64,000 nt of DNA from Macrostomum lignano (lineage: Eukaryota): positions 186,001-250,000 of the forward strand of contig NIVC01000288.1 of assembly GCA_002269645.1 (NCBI GenBank), in the 5' to 3' direction. Both the position numbers and the translations under genes were made by a program. The number at the start of each line of letters is the position of its first letter. Within the stretch, counting starts at the first letter, position 1. The notes under the pieces are model-generated. The model saw nothing but the letters and a program-made list of their open reading frames with translations. It was not told the origin of the DNA and searched no databases. Shown in pieces: positions 49,850 to 64,000 of this stretch.

Positions 49850-50536
49850 GTTTGAGCCTGCCTGTGTGCGTATCTGTGGTGTATGCTCTCAGGCGTCAGC
49901 AGAAGACGCTGGTTGACAGTCGATCGGCTATAACTAATAAGCCTTGCTTAAGTAAAATTTTCCTCCATCCTTAAATCTTCTTCCGCATCAGAGAGTCACC
50001 GCCAGTGAAAAAGAGATCGTGGAACAGTTAGATGGCCGCTACAAAGCCTATAAACGTGCATTTAGCAACCTTCCACAAGACGCGGCCATGTTTGTAGCAA
50101 GACAATTTACTGCCAGAAAGAAACTAGGCTTTTAGTTGTCGCGATTGCCGGCTTTGAATTCGCGTGTCCGATGGTGACCTGACCAACCATCCACTGTCCG
50201 CCTTAATGTTGCCTCTCTTTGACCCGATTTTATGCTAGTTAACTCCCGCGATGCTGCACCTCGTTGTCGGTCTTCCCTCCCTCGTTTTCTACAAGATTTC
50301 CTGCGACTTCTTTTTTCTTCTTTAGGGGGACACAATCTTTCTGTCGCTACTCAATTATGATACTTCGTTTGTTAAAAAAAACAATTTGTAACATTCACAG
50401 CAAGATGCAGTAAAGCAAGAAGATGGAAAAGAATTCAATAATCAAACAAACAGGATACTTGAAACCAAATAGATATTATGAGATCGGTATTGAATAAATA
50501 AGAAGAATTGAAACAAACAAATAAAAAAAGACTCAC

Positions 50537-50664
50537 TTTCAACCCGAATCCACCAGCTGGCGTACTTCTCGTCAACTGAGTTGACGGCGAAGCATTGAAA
50601 TATGCCAGCATCCGCCGGCTCCATGGCTTTGATGGTCAGAAGACCGTTTGGTTGCACAGTGTAC
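50537..50664 (-). CDS. sdk: Sidekick exon: Ig domain C-half
   Basis: RYTVQPNGLLTIKAMEPADAGIFQCFAVNSVDEKYASWWIRVE (Sdk-type DAGIFQCFA.N). Acceptor CCGCAG| phase 2; donor A|GTGAGT phase 1. Confidence 0.92.
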
Positions 50665-50772
50665 CTGCGGCGGGCGGGGAAATGTCACCGGTTTATTAAA
50701 GATGTTTAAGCTAATAACAATAATAATAATAATAATCGCTAAAAGGGCGACATCGTCCCACAAAATGATACA

Positions 50773-51322
50773 GCCTTGGGTGTACAGAGGCTCTGACTTT
50801 CTAACCATCAGGCATGTAGACTCTCTGTTGCCTTGGGTGTACAGAGGCTCTGACTTTCTAACCATCAGGCATGTAGACTCTCTGTTGCCTTGGGTGTACA
50901 GAGGCTCTGACTTTCTAACCATCAGGCATGTACACTCTCTGTTGCCTTGGGTGTACAGAGGCTCTGACTTTCTAACCATCAGGCATGTACACTCTGTTGC
51001 CTTGGGTGTACAGAGGCTCTGACTTTCTAACCATCAGGCATGTACACTCTCTGTTGCCTTGGGTGTACAGAGGCTCTGACTTTCTAACCATCAGGCATGT
51101 ACACTCTCTGTTGCCTTGGGTGTACAGAGGCTCTGACTTTCTAACCATCAGGCATGTACACTCTCTGTTGCCTTGGGTGTACAGAGGCTCTGACTTTCTA
51201 ACCATCAGGCATGTACACTCTCTGTTGCCTTGGGTGTACAGAGGCTCTGACTTTCTAACCATCAGGCATGTACACTCTCTGTTGCCTTGGGTGTACAGAG
51301 GCTCTGACTTTCTAACCATCAA
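50773..51322. repeat. Minisatellite, 57 bp unit
   Basis: 19-aa periodic ORFs on both strands. Confidence 0.96.
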
Positions 51323-52589
51323 GCATCTTTATTTAATCAACTTTGTTTCAAGTCCAAATAGCAATGTCACATTCTCATTTTATCTATACATAAAGGTAAA
51401 CTTCATCTCCAAAATAGTTTATCCCTTCATTCCCTTAGATCCCCTGTCACTACTAATCCGACAGGACACGAACTCCATTTATTTGCGCTGTGACACACGG
51501 GAAACAAGAGGAATGCATCTAGTTTGTAGGGGCAGAGATTAACAGAAAGAATTTCCCACCTAGTTTTTATAGAAAAATCGAGTTAATTATGTATTGTTCT
51601 TAATTTAGTTAGCTACTGACAGTCGAAGATTAGTTACCACATCGGTTCTATATATATATAGTTCAGAACCTTCCAAAGATAAAACTACCCTACCCAAAAC
51701 AGAAGGTGGCTAACTTTTGATTCATCCCCAAAACACCCCTGGAAACACCTCTAGTCCTTCATCAATCCCAGGATGCTAGGCAGTCACATTACTTGTATCA
51801 GATGATCGCTATCGCACTAACAATATGAATTACGATTGCTCCCAAGCTTATGCAGAAATCCACATGAGTCATACACCGGTCTTGTGCTTGCTCCTCTTTT
51901 ACTTTCGAATATTGCTGCCACCCAAAACGGTTGTAAAAGGGGCCGAAAAAAACTCTTGCTCGAATTAACATACCGATATCCTTGATATGCCTATATAACT
52001 CTCATATCCCCAGCATCCCCAGATGGAGAGATAGACTCCGATGCAAATGACCTTCCCTATGCTTAGTCATTTGCGCGAGAGAAAAACTGATACTACTAAC
52101 TAGCAGCCGCTATAAACAATAACAAGTGCTTGCAGTGTGAAAACTGGAACAAGTTCGTGGAAATGTTTTTAACAGCTCCGACTCGTCAAGTTGGGCAATA
52201 TTAAGTGCCAGAGCAATATTAAAAAACTGCGGGGCGAAAGATACATCCGAGAAAACGCCTCGAAAAAACTTCTATTGCAGTCTACCAGTACTTCACGCCA
52301 ATTTTATGCAAATATGGATATGGATCAGCTTGGGGTCTTTTTATGACTCCTTTACCTGCCAAGGGCAGTTATAATAATCATAGATTTTAAATACTAAAGC
52401 ATGTAAACCATATCCTGTCATATCAAACAACTACCTTTTACGTATTGCGCGCGATAATATGCACTGCATATACAGCTACATATACTACAAGTGTAAGATT
52501 ATCCACACAACTTCGATATAGTCAGGAAAATTTTTTTGTATGTACATGTAGTTTGGTACATACTAGACAGTCAGTATAAAGTATGATAG

Positions 52590-53219
<630 letters not shown>

Positions 53220-55436
53220 GAGCGCCATTCTGTTCCCACTAATTAAATCATTGCCATGACTACATGCAACTCAGTCGAGCGGTAGCCAGCGGATTGCAGT
53301 TCAGTGGCACAATCCGAAAAACACAATAATCCCGATCGGGACAAAAGACCAATCAGGATAATGAAGTGAAGAGTCCAACGGATTTGCCAGACACGGGGGG
53401 TGCAGAGAGGGACAGGAGAGCGAGAGAGCAAGATAGGATGATAGATCAGCGGTGGTAAAACAATGCTACTGTTAGTTGCTAGGGCCTAACCAGAATCAGT
53501 CAGCAAAGCTAGAAACTCTCTGGGTTTTGGGGGCGCGGGCTTAGCCAAGCAAAACTGCAAGTCTATAATTATGACAGCATTGACACGGAAACAATTGTGG
53601 CTCTCTACGAACACTAGTCGACAGAAAAAAAGCCCAGAATTCCACAATCGACATAGCTAAATTATGGTTGGTTAATTAGTAGATTTAATGAACACAATAC
53701 CGCGTAGTTACTATACATTAAGAAGCTTCTCAACATCCCGGCACGTGCGCTAAACCTTGTTCATCTTCAATCAATCCTAATGATAAAAAGTCCTTTTAGT
53801 TTGCTCCCCTCTAATTTGTTTAGCATTAAAATAAGTTGATAAACCTGAAATACTTCATATCAATATCAATAATTCAATAAATAATTCAATAAATAAATAA
53901 ATAAGTTTTTGTAGTATAGGTATAAAATATTCTGACGTCAACTTCTTTTTACTATAGACATTTCTCTTTCAAATTAAAAATCACGCCATTTCACACTATG
54001 CAGGAACATTTGGGTCAAGAGGTCAACCAAGGTCATCCAGGATACCGCGGACAACTCATTCATTCGTAAATGAAGTCAAATCCTTCGACTTGAAATGCAG
54101 TTTTTTTATTCTACACGTAAATGCTTCAGTGCTGTCAGGTGAGTGAAGCCATCACGATAAGAGAGACAGGGCAAGGTTTGGAGAGAGGCGACTAACTCAA
54201 TTAGGCAGCAAAAAAACGTGTCAAACCGTGCAAGAGCGACAACCCCAGGTGGCGATTCTACAGTGTCAATGCAATTATCGTCGTTGCACGCTTGGGGGGA
54301 GTGTTGAGTGTGCGAGAGTGCAGTTGCACTTTCTCCTATGCCAATGCTTAATCCGGTTTAGCTATCCATGGACTCGAGGTGAGAAAAGCGTAAGCCTAGC
54401 CTGCCTGTACACACGCCTATTGGTAGCGGTTAAAAACTTATACATTTCTACGTTATATACTTATAGCTACTCAAATCACTTCCCCTAGTAATACGATTAA
54501 ATCAAGCATACTCAAAAGTCCTGGGAATCAAGTTTCCACTTGAACACCTTTCTTCTTCCACTCATCGTAGCAGGTCGTATTTCAGTTTCACAGCTCACTG
54601 ATTAGACTTCATTTATTGAGCTTAGAAACTAAATTAGCATATTATAGTAATATGATAAGCACCTCGTATTAAAGCGCATTAGATGGATGGCAGGTTTTAA
54701 ATACTTGTAGAATGTCGAGTCGATTTCAGCTTGAAAGTATAGGTTACATACTTCTTCATATATAGCCATTTATTTTCCATGGATCAAGGACATCAATTTT
54801 ATGGCTTTATCCTATTATGCCGACTGCAGCAAGGTTGCAGCAAATTTCATAACTACTTTTATACCTTATAATCAACGTTACTGAAAATCTTACAAACTAA
54901 TTAACTCATTAATTTATCATATAGAGAGCCTTAAGAGTACAGTAATTTTGCTTTCAAATTCTTGAGGCAATACATATAATAGACCTCTTGTCTTTCATAG
55001 AACAAATCCTTCAGCAGAAAAATCTGTTTCTTACTGTTGTTTTGACAAGAGAACAAATCGAACATAATCGATTTAGTGCTTCAGAGGCTGCCCAGCAACA
55101 GGGGTTCGATGCGAAGAGTTCGCGACTCTCTCTCAGTCAGTCACTCAGAAGAAGACATTGAGGAGGCGGGGGCAGGGGAACTACAGCTAATCAATATCCA
55201 TAGGCCTTCTTAAAGCAATGCAAAATATGCAACAACGCATTCTGACAAAACTTCTGAGCACTGTAGCAGCGCATGGGCACTTGCTCAAGGCGGTTCTACT
55301 CAGTGTTTGTTGGCTTCGGAGTTCTGACAGATTTCAAACTTCATGACTAAGAAACCAGATGGCATATGCTTTATGATTTATAGAGATATGCAGAATTTTT
55401 TCACGTTTTGATATTTATCCGACCGAAGCTCTAATA

Positions 55437-56135
55437 CGCCCAGCAACTGGGGATCTGGGAGGCCGGCCGAGCAACTGAGGATCTGGGAGGGTGCTCCAGC
55501 AACTGAGGATCTGGGAGGCTGGCCCAGCAACTGAGGATCTGGGAGGCTGGTCCAGCAACTGAGGATCTGGGAGGCTGGTCCAGCAACTGAGGATCTGGGA
55601 GGCTGACCCAGCAACTGAGGATCTGGGAGGCTGGTCCAGCAACTGAGGATCTGGGAGGCTGGCCCAGCAACTGAGGATCTGGGAGGCTGGCCCAGCAACT
55701 GAGGATCTGGGAGGCTGGCCCAGCAACTGAAGATCTGGGAGGCTGGCCTAGCAACTGAGGATCTGGGAGGCTGGCCCAGCAACTGAGGATCTGAGAGGCT
55801 GGCCCAGCAACTGAGGATCTGCGAGGCTGGCCCAGCAACTGAGGATCTGCGAGGCTGACCCAGCAACTGAGGATCTGGGAGGCTGGCTCAGCAACTGAGG
55901 ATCTGGGAGGCTGGCCCAGCAACTGAGGATCTGCGAGGCTGACCCAGCAACTGAGGATCTGGGAGGGTGCTCCAGCAACTGAGGATCTGGGAGGCTGGCC
56001 CAGCAACTGAAGATCTGGGAGGCTGGTCCAGCAACTGAGGATCTGGGAGGCTGGTCCAGCAACTGAGGATCTGGGAGGCTGGCCCAGCAACTGAGGATCT
56101 GGGAGGCTGGCCCAGCAACTGAGGATCTGGGAGGA
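55437..56135. repeat. Minisatellite, 28 bp unit, same family and orientation as 5066-5727
   Basis: gaggatctgggaggctggcccagcaact. Confidence 0.96.
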
Positions 56136-56984
56136 AATCGACAGACAGACGCAAGAGTGCAGAGAGCGGCAGCAGTGACGAATTGAGCATTGAGGCATAT
56201 GCATTTGAGCTTTATCCACTTTTCAGCCCTAACACCCATCTCAAGCCCCCCTCCAGTTTCAGTTATAGTTGCTGGCTGATAATAAATCGAACCCAGAGAC
56301 GAGCAGTCACACTGGTCAATAGCTGTGAAAGATTGCTAGTATAAAAATAATGCTCTGTACAAACAAGCATATAGAGACGGAGGCGGTGCACAACGAACAG
56401 CAACGCATGGCAGGTTGTGTTAGCCAAATAAATTGCCTTCAAGTCGAATCTTTTCCAATTTTTCCTCCTGTCTCCGGGGAGAGAGAGAGCTACGAGAAAG
56501 AGTCCGCACATCCACAGGCTTTTTCTCGTCGGTACAATAGCCCGCTTCCCGCGAAGTCGTTAATTAAAGCAATCAATTGAGAGTCGAACGATGTGCCAAA
56601 AATTAGGTCCTTTTTTTCTCGTTCCACTTTCTTTCTTAGTTCCCCTTGACAACCGAGCATTGAAGCGAGCACTTCCACGGCCTCTTGATTGGCAGACAAG
56701 TGGTTTTACAAACAAAACTATCCCCTCCTCACCCCCAGCTTTCGAATCGCGCACGCAGGTGAATTAGTTGCTTGAGTTCGATCGGTGGTTGGTGGCTCAA
56801 TCGAAAGAGTGGTCTAAATTAAAACGAACGCACTTGAGTAGTAGCTAGAATAATTAGAGAAGAAGAACCTACCTACAAGGTATTTCGACTGCTGGCCGTG
56901 AACTAGCTTGCTCTGAAAAAGTCCAAAAATGGCTAATTAGCTTGTAAAAAGACTGGACTTAGCATTGCAGTAGCCTACTTCTGA

Positions 56985-57975
56985 AACTATTAGTAGCCTT
57001 ATATAGCATTAGCCTAGTTAAGCCCCACTAATTAGTAGCCTTATATAGCATTAGCCAAGTTAAGCCCCACTAATTAGTAGCCTAATATAGCAATAGCCTA
57101 GTTAAGCCCCACTAATTAGTAGCATAATATAGCATTAGCCTAGTTAAGCCCCACTAATTAATAGCCTTATATAGCATTAGCCTAGTTAAGCCCCACTAAT
57201 TAGTAGCCTAATATAGCAATAGCCTAGTTAAGCCCCACTAATTAGTAGCCTTATATAGCATTAGCCTAGTTAAGCCCCACTAATTAGTAGCCTTATATAG
57301 CATTAGCCTAGTTAAGCCCCACTAATTAGTAGCATAATATAGCATTAGCCTAGTTAAGCCCCACTAATTAGTAGCCTTATATAGCATTAGCCTAGTTAAG
57401 CCCCACTAATTAGTAGCATAATATAGCATTAGCCTAGTTAAGCCCCACTAATTAGTAGCATAATATAGCATTAGCCTAGTTAAGCCCCACTAATTAGTAG
57501 CCTTATATTGCATTAGCCTAGTTAAACCCAAACCCCACTAATTAGTAGCCTTATATAGCATTAGCCTAGTTAAACCCAAACCCCACTAATTAGTAGCCTT
57601 ATATTGCATTAGCCTAGTTAAACCCAAACCCCACTAATTAGTAGCCTTATATAGCATTAGCCTAGTTAAACCCAAACCCCACTAATTAGTAGCCTTATAT
57701 AGCATTAGCCTAGTTAAACCCAAACCCCACTAATTAGTAGCCTTATATAGCATTAGCCTAGTTAAACCCAAACCCCACTAATTAGTAGCCTTATATTGCA
57801 TTAGCCTAGTTAAACCCAAACCCCACTAATTAGTAGCCTTATATAGCATTAGCCTAGTTAAACCCAAACCCCACTAATTAGTAGCCTTATATAGCATTAG
57901 CCTAGTTAAACCCAAACCCCACTAATTAGTAGCCTTATATAGCATTAGCCTAGTTAAACCCAAACCCCACTAATT
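56985..57975. repeat. Polarised minisatellite: 42 bp units on the left, 48 bp units on the right
   Basis: gttaagccccactaa up to ~57520, then gttaaacccaaaccccactaa. Confidence 0.95.
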
Positions 57976-59204
57976 AATTATGGTAATAAATCAATAATCA
58001 ATTAGCATTCGCATTAGACTAGCGAATTAGTAGCTTTATTGTTCACCAACAAAAATCAGCAACACAGTAACTCGATGTTTTAGATATGGCATACACCACT
58101 ATATAACAGACAGGCTCAAATATAGTGCTATCATGTTTCCAGCTGCTAATAATTCCATTGCTAACAAAATCAGAAGCAACAAAAAGAAGGCCTGGATATG
58201 AAAATTTATCAAATCTTTTCACCTCCTTCCTTTCAAGTTCAATATTGAGCTATCTAAAACATCCCTATTGATCCTTCTCAATTTCCCTGTAATTTCCTAA
58301 CCTTCTTCTTGGCAAGATTATCAATCTCTATAATATTCATATATTCGGAACATCTAAAAACCACAGGCCATCGGCTATTAGGCATTTCGTATATTTCATT
58401 TCTCCAAATGCAAACTTCATAGTCAGTCTCATCGGAACTGTCTCGACTGAGCAAAAATTGATTGGACAAATTGAACCAACAACTAATGCTTATAGAACTG
58501 CGGTAGGCATCAAATGATAATGCTTTTTGACAGTGTCTCTTTGAGAGTCCAGTTCAGTAACATCCTGCTTATTAGGGCTGGATTAGAGAAGCATCCACAG
58601 GGACTGAATAGGGAGTGTTACACCGATTGTAAAACGCAATTCACAAACGCTGGAACATTAGCATAACAAATTGACCTCCCCAAAGTTCGACACAAGGTCA
58701 AATAGTAATTTCCTCTTGCGTATTCTTCTTCCCTCTCTCTCTCCTGCATGCTTATTTAACCAAGCAGAATTGAAGGGAGCTGCATAGAGAATATTAAACT
58801 GCCCCAATCAAGTCAAGAGAGGCAAATCTTCGTAGCATAAACCCACTGAACATAATTGAAGAAATAGGCCAACATCTGCCTGTAGCCTGCGCTAAATGCT
58901 CGGGCACGAGCCAGCTTGATAATTTACAATCGAAAACGCATTTTAGTTCGGTTAAGAGACTTGCTTATTACTTATTCTTAGAAACAAATTAAAACAAACA
59001 AGGGGCCTATCTTGTTTTGCTTGTCAGGGCTCGCTTCGCTCGTAACGCACTGTGACTAACTATAGCATTGAAGATAAGAGATAAAGATTCTTTGGCTTAC
59101 TAGGCCTGTTTTACAAACAAAGACCGTTGTAATTTTCAGTCATATACTTTTAGGAATAAATAAGATTTAAAGGCGCTCTTAACCGTTGGTTTTAACTCCC
59201 TTAG

Positions 59205-59600
59205 TAGATCTTGGTACCTCAGATCCTTCAGTGCCTGCTGCCAATCCCCTCAGATTCTTCAGTGCCTGCTGCCTCTCCCTCAGATCCTTCAGTGCCTGTT
59301 GCCCCTCCCCTCAGATCCTTCAGTGGCTGCTGCCCCTCCCCTCAGATCCTTCAGTGCCTGCTGCCTCTTCCCTCAGATTCTTCAGTGCCTGCTGCCCCTC
59401 CCCTCAGATTCTTCAGTGCCTGCTGCCCCTTCCCTCAGATTCTTCAGTGCCTGCTGCCCCTCCCCTCAGATCCTTCAGTGCCTGCTGCCCCTTCCCTCAG
59501 ATTCTTCAGTGCCTGCTGCCCCTCCCCTCAGATCCTTCAGTGCCTGCTGCCCCTCCCCTCAGATCCTTCAGTGCCTGCTGCGCCTCTCCTCAGATCCTGC
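59205..59600. repeat. Minisatellite, 31 bp unit (ctcagatccttcagtgcctgctgcccctccc)
   Basis: Seen directly; its reverse complement resembles the 28/31-bp family. Confidence 0.93.
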
Positions 59601-60374
59601 TCCTCTCATTCTTTAAAGCGGCAATTCGCAATTCCAATGATTACTATACAATCCAACGCAAAAACACAAAGCCAGTACTTGTTACGTAATCACCTCCTGC
59701 TACTAAATCCGTTGCTTCCACCAGTTTCCACCTTTCTATTCTAAGTAATTGTAATCTGCGTCGGGTACTCGGAATTGCTCTCGGTCTCGCCTCACTCCAT
59801 CGATGTCAATTCTCATTTACTTCATGATTCATAGAGCAGACACCAACCAGTCAGCCTCCTTCTTCCACTTTGCTTTCTCAACTCCAGCTCTATTCTAGCT
59901 CAAATAGATTGTTTGAGTGCGAATATTATAGGCAAAGGGGACTGCACTTGATGACGTCATCCATTCATTCGGGGTCAGAGGGTGCGGAATGCACATTATT
60001 ACTATATTACATATAGCCTAGCAGTTAGTTAGTGTAAAGCTAAGCATACACAGCCTGGAACTACTAGAAATTCCACTTAATCCTTGATCTACTTGACGGC
60101 TACAAGAGCTAGTGGGGTGCGGGTGGTGAATGTGCATGTGATGTAGGCATAGATTTAAAAGTCGGTTAAACAGACTGACAGACAGGTAAGGTAATAAGCC
60201 AAATAGTTACCTTCAATCATCATCGCAACTCATTTTTAACTACTATAACCAAACTCTTGCAGTATTGAAAATTAAACCACAAAAGAAAATTAAATTGTTG
60301 ATCTATTAATTAAATGGATCGCCAATCTAGCTATTAGAAAATATTGCTAATGATTCCAATAAAGTGAATTGCTA

Positions 60375-61042
60375 ATCTAGCTGTTAGAATGGATTGCTAA
60401 TCTAGTCAATAGAATGGATTGCTAATCTAGTCATTAGAAAGGATTGCTAATCCATCCAATCGAGAGGATTGCTAATCTAGCCAATAGAATGGATTGCTAA
60501 TCTAACCATTAGAATGGATTGCTAATCTAACCATTAGAATGGATTGCTAATCTAACCATTAGAATGGATTGCTAATCTAACCATTAGAATGGATTGCTAT
60601 TCTAACCATTAGAATGGATTGCTAATCTAACCATTAGAATGGATTGCTATTCTAACCATTAGAATGGATTGCTATTCTAACCATTAGAATGGATTGCTAA
60701 TCTAGCCAATAGAATGGATTGCTAATATCTAACCATTAGAATGGATTGCTAATCTAACCATTAGAATGGATTGCTAATCTAACCATTAGAATGGATTGCT
60801 AATCTAACCATTAAAATGGATTGCTAATCTAACCATTAGAATGGATTGCTAATCTAACCATTAGAATGGATTGCTAATCTAACCATTAGAATGGATTGCT
60901 AATCTAACCATTAGAATGGATTGCTAATCTAACCATTAGAATGGATTGCTAATCTAACCATTAGAATGGATTGCTATTCTAACCATTAGAATGGATTGCT
61001 ATTCTAACCATTAGAATGGATTGCTAATCTAACCATTAGAAT
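60375..61042. repeat. Minisatellite, 25 bp unit (gctaatctaaccattagaatggatt)
   Basis: Seen directly. Confidence 0.95.
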
Positions 61043-61457
61043 GGATTGCTATTCTAGCCACTTTGAAGCAAAGGTGCCTAAGTTAATAGCTAAATTTTCA
61101 AGGCAAATACTAAGAGACAATACTACGATAGACAAAAATTCGGAAGGTCATTATTCCCAAAAAAGATTATTTCCCAACCAGCTGTTCTCAACAGAACAGT
61201 CAGCCATAATAGAGGATAAAATTTTATGCACAATTTTTAATTACTAAACTGACAGATCAAACAGAATTATTTCCCTACATTCCATAATTGTCTTGCAGAC
61301 GGGCTACGAGCTACCATTTCACAGGTGTTACCTCAGGTGCTTGCAAGCAAATCCCAAATGCTCCCATAAGCGCATCTAAGCATAAATATAGCGGTAAAAA
61401 ATGATTTGGCAATCTTTCTAACCACCCTTTGAGGTCACGCTAGCCTGAGGTCACGTC

Positions 61458-61812
61458 TGGACAGCGCTATTAACAGCAATCTTGACAGCGCCATTGACAG
61501 CAATCTTGACAGCGCCATTAACAGCAATCTTGACAGCGCCATTGACAGCAATCTTGACAGCGCCATTGACGGCAATCTTGACAACGCCATTAACAGCAAT
61601 CTTGACAGCGCCATTGACGGCAATCTTGACAGCGCCATTAACAGCAATCTTGACAGCGCCATTGACAGCAATCTTGACAGCGCCATTAACAGCAATCTTG
61701 ACAGCGCCATTAACAGCAGTCTTGACAGCGCCATTGACGGCAATCTTGACAGCGCCATTGACAGCAATCTTGACAGCGCCATTAACAGCAATATTGACAG
61801 CGCTATTAACAG
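61458..61812. repeat. Minisatellite, 24 bp unit (cttgacagcgccattgacagcaat)
   Basis: 8-aa periodic ORFs. Confidence 0.95.
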
Positions 61813-62865
61813 CTTTCTAATTGTACTGGAAATGAAAACTGGACTGTACTGGAAATGAAATGAAAATGAAAACTAACAACTACCAAAAATGCCAGTTAAA
61901 AATTAGAAAAAAACAAGACACCACCACAACGCATTAAGCGTCCCTAGCGAAAAAAGTGAGCCCGAATCCAGGGCCCCCAAAAACACTAGCAGCAGGATGC
62001 CAGAAAGTTACTACAAGAAGATCCAGCAGCAAGCAAGCAAGGTGTTAGTTTTCTTTAATACACAAACCAGACCCCAAGCAGAGCCCAGAACCCTAACTTA
62101 GCGTGGGAAAGTGGCTAAAGAAGAAACGTTATTTTATCTATGGATTACTAAGAACAATACTAACATCTGGATTGCAAAATTAAAATGTGCTTTGAATTTC
62201 AATTTTAGCCTAATTTTTATTTAAGGAAATACCGAGGTTCAATATTATAATTTTATAATTTTTCTAACAATTAATAAGCTAAAGAATTTGATTAAATTTT
62301 AAAAAAATTTTTTTAGATTAACGAATTTTATACCCTTAGAACGCTTTGTGTTTGAATATAAGCTGTGAAACATGTTCCCACACGCCACCAGATCCTCTAA
62401 AGCCAGCATGTACACACGCAGACACCACTCCGTCATTGGAGGCTTAAGTAAACAACAAAAAACTTGCTGTAAAACACTATCACACACACTATACGGTAGA
62501 TCATGCATATAGAATTTCTGTGAGAGCTCTCTGAAAAAGTCTATATATATATTAGATACATGTTGCTAGCATAGGCAAAGTAAACAATTACGAAAAACTG
62601 AAAAAAAATCGAGGTCAATCATACTCGATCAAGGTCAGTCAAAGTTATAAAGTAACTGCTCATACTGGGACAAAGTTCAAGAGAGATTTCCAACCCGATC
62701 CCAGATTAATATCTGATATCTGATTGGTCACAAGTAATTAGGCGAATAACTTTAACAATTAAAAGGTTTTACGTAGCTAATAGAGCTTATGAACCTACTA
62801 ACTAGTTAATAAACGATGCACCAATTTAATGAAATGTTATGAAAAAGTTCCCTACTTTTCACACA

Positions 62866-62946
62866 GGCAGACGGGCAGACAGACAGGCAGGCAGACAGAC
62901 GGACAGACAGACAGACAGACAGGCAGACAGGCAGGCAGGCAGGCAG

Positions 62947-62993
<47 letters not shown>

Positions 62994-63230
62994 GGCAGGC
63001 AGACAGGCAGACAGACGGACAGACAGACAGACAAGCAGGCAGACAGACAGGCAGGCAGACAGACGGACAGACAGACAGACAGACAGGCAGACAGAGAGAC
63101 AGGCAGACAGAGAGACAGGCAGACAGACAGGCAGACAGGCAGAAAGACAGGCAGACAGACAGGCAGGCAGACAGACAGACAGACAGACAGACAGGCAGGC
63201 AGACAGAGAGACAGGCAGACAGACAGACAG
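62866..63230. repeat. (GACA/GGCA)n compound microsatellite next to the sdk donor
   Basis: Seen directly. Confidence 0.95.
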
Positions 63231-63238
63231 GCCCTCAC

Positions 63239-63469
63239 CGGCTGGAGTTGCTGAGCAGCACGGAGTTGCGGTACCACAGGATGGCTGGCTGAGGCACGCC
63301 GCTAGCCGAGCACTGCAGCTGCCTGTCGGAGCCGTGCGACACGACCACGTCGGAGGCCACGGAGCCGGGCACCAGGGTGGGCGCCTGCTGCATGATGAGG
63401 TAGGCGGAGCCCGAGGCGACTGGCGAAGAGGCGGCGCCGCCGCCAACCAGCTGACCTTCGCAGACGTAT
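63239..63469 (-). CDS. sdk: Sidekick exon: end of one Ig domain and start of the next (upstream exons lie beyond the window)
   Basis: YVCEGQ..SAYLIMQQAPTLV..RQLQCSASGVPQPAILWYRNSVLL. Acceptor CACAATTCAG|; donor CG|GTGAGG, phase 2, joins the 50664 exon in frame (SRYTVQPNG). Confidence 0.9.
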
Positions 63470-63774
63470 CTGAATTGTGTAAAAAGTAAAAAATTGAAAT
63501 CTTGCATCCGTATTAGAGCGGCCTCAGGTGCGTCAACTTGTTTCAATATCCGTTCATTTTTCTTAATAACCTAATTTAACGAGATGCCTCTGTCCTATCA
63601 CATGTAAACTGCATCGTCATCGTAGAGAAATTAGATAGTAGAAATGAGATGGGGAAGTATGCCGAGGCTGGAGAGGGGCAGGAGAGAGGAGAGAAAGAAA
63701 AGTGGAGAGGATCATTGCTCAATTAGTTTTAATGGCAAATGAGGCAGAGAGAAGGGGATTCAGAGAGTGGGGAG

Positions 63775-64000
63775 GGGGAGAAGGGAAGAGAGAGCGGGAG
63801 AGGGAGAGGAGAGGGAGAGGTAGAGGGAAAGGGAGGGAGAGGTAGAGGGAAAGGGAGGGAGAGGTAGAGGGAAAGGGAGGGAGAGGTAGAGGGAAAGGGA
63901 GGGAGAGGTAGAGGGAAAGGGAGGGAGAGGTAGAGGGAAAGGGAGGGAGAGGTAGAGGGAAAGGGAGGGAGAGATAGAGGGAAAGGGAGGGAGAGGTAGA
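63775..64000. repeat. GA-rich 22 bp minisatellite (gagaggtagagggaaagggagg)
   Basis: Seen directly; runs off the window end. Confidence 0.93.

Noticed and set aside
53243-53431. Signal-peptide-like stretch (WTLHFIILIGLLSRSGLLCFS) as an alternative sdk first exon
   Set aside because: No ATG start and no convincing donor.
58278-62508. Protein-like minus-strand ORFs 58278..58469 and 62299..62508
   Set aside because: No recognisable domain or splice sites fitting sdk; too short to support.

Overview
Eukaryotic (animal) genomic DNA, not prokaryotic. It has GT-AG introns, GC-rich exons with poly-Ala/Gln tracts and introns packed with minisatellites. That style suggests a free-living flatworm such as Macrostomum, but this is inference only. 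Three known genes lie head-to-tail on the minus strand. (1) The 3' 14 exons of a Sidekick (sdk) Ig-superfamily gene (63469->15370) encode part of the Ig region, 13 FNIII domains, a TM helix and a C-terminal -GSSFV PDZ motif; my exon chain is phase-consistent and totals 6160 nt. (2) A two-exon Topors-like RING E3 ligase (6613->3464, 771 aa). (3) A large 5' coding exon of CDK8/19 (1362->769). Two uncharacterised genes are nested antisense in sdk introns: a 5-exon, ~630-aa putative beta-propeller gene with an apparent 1-nt frameshift (21094-24553) and an intronless 209-aa ORF (33866-34495). There are weaker hints of further antisense exons near 48.9-50.1 kb. The Topors-sdk spacer holds a tRNA-derived SINE remnant, a foldback element with a 9-bp TSD, a small MITE and a duplicated CCAAT-rich module. 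The most intriguing unexplained signals are a possible trans-spliced Topors-CDK8 operon, inverted 23-bp minisatellite arrays bracketing two phase-0 sdk exons (candidate circRNA), a furin-type RTRR insert in Sdk FN11 and a GTCACT core shared by otherwise dissimilar minisatellites. I see no convincing wholly new multi-gene system. No tools were run; homology calls rest on recalled family motifs.
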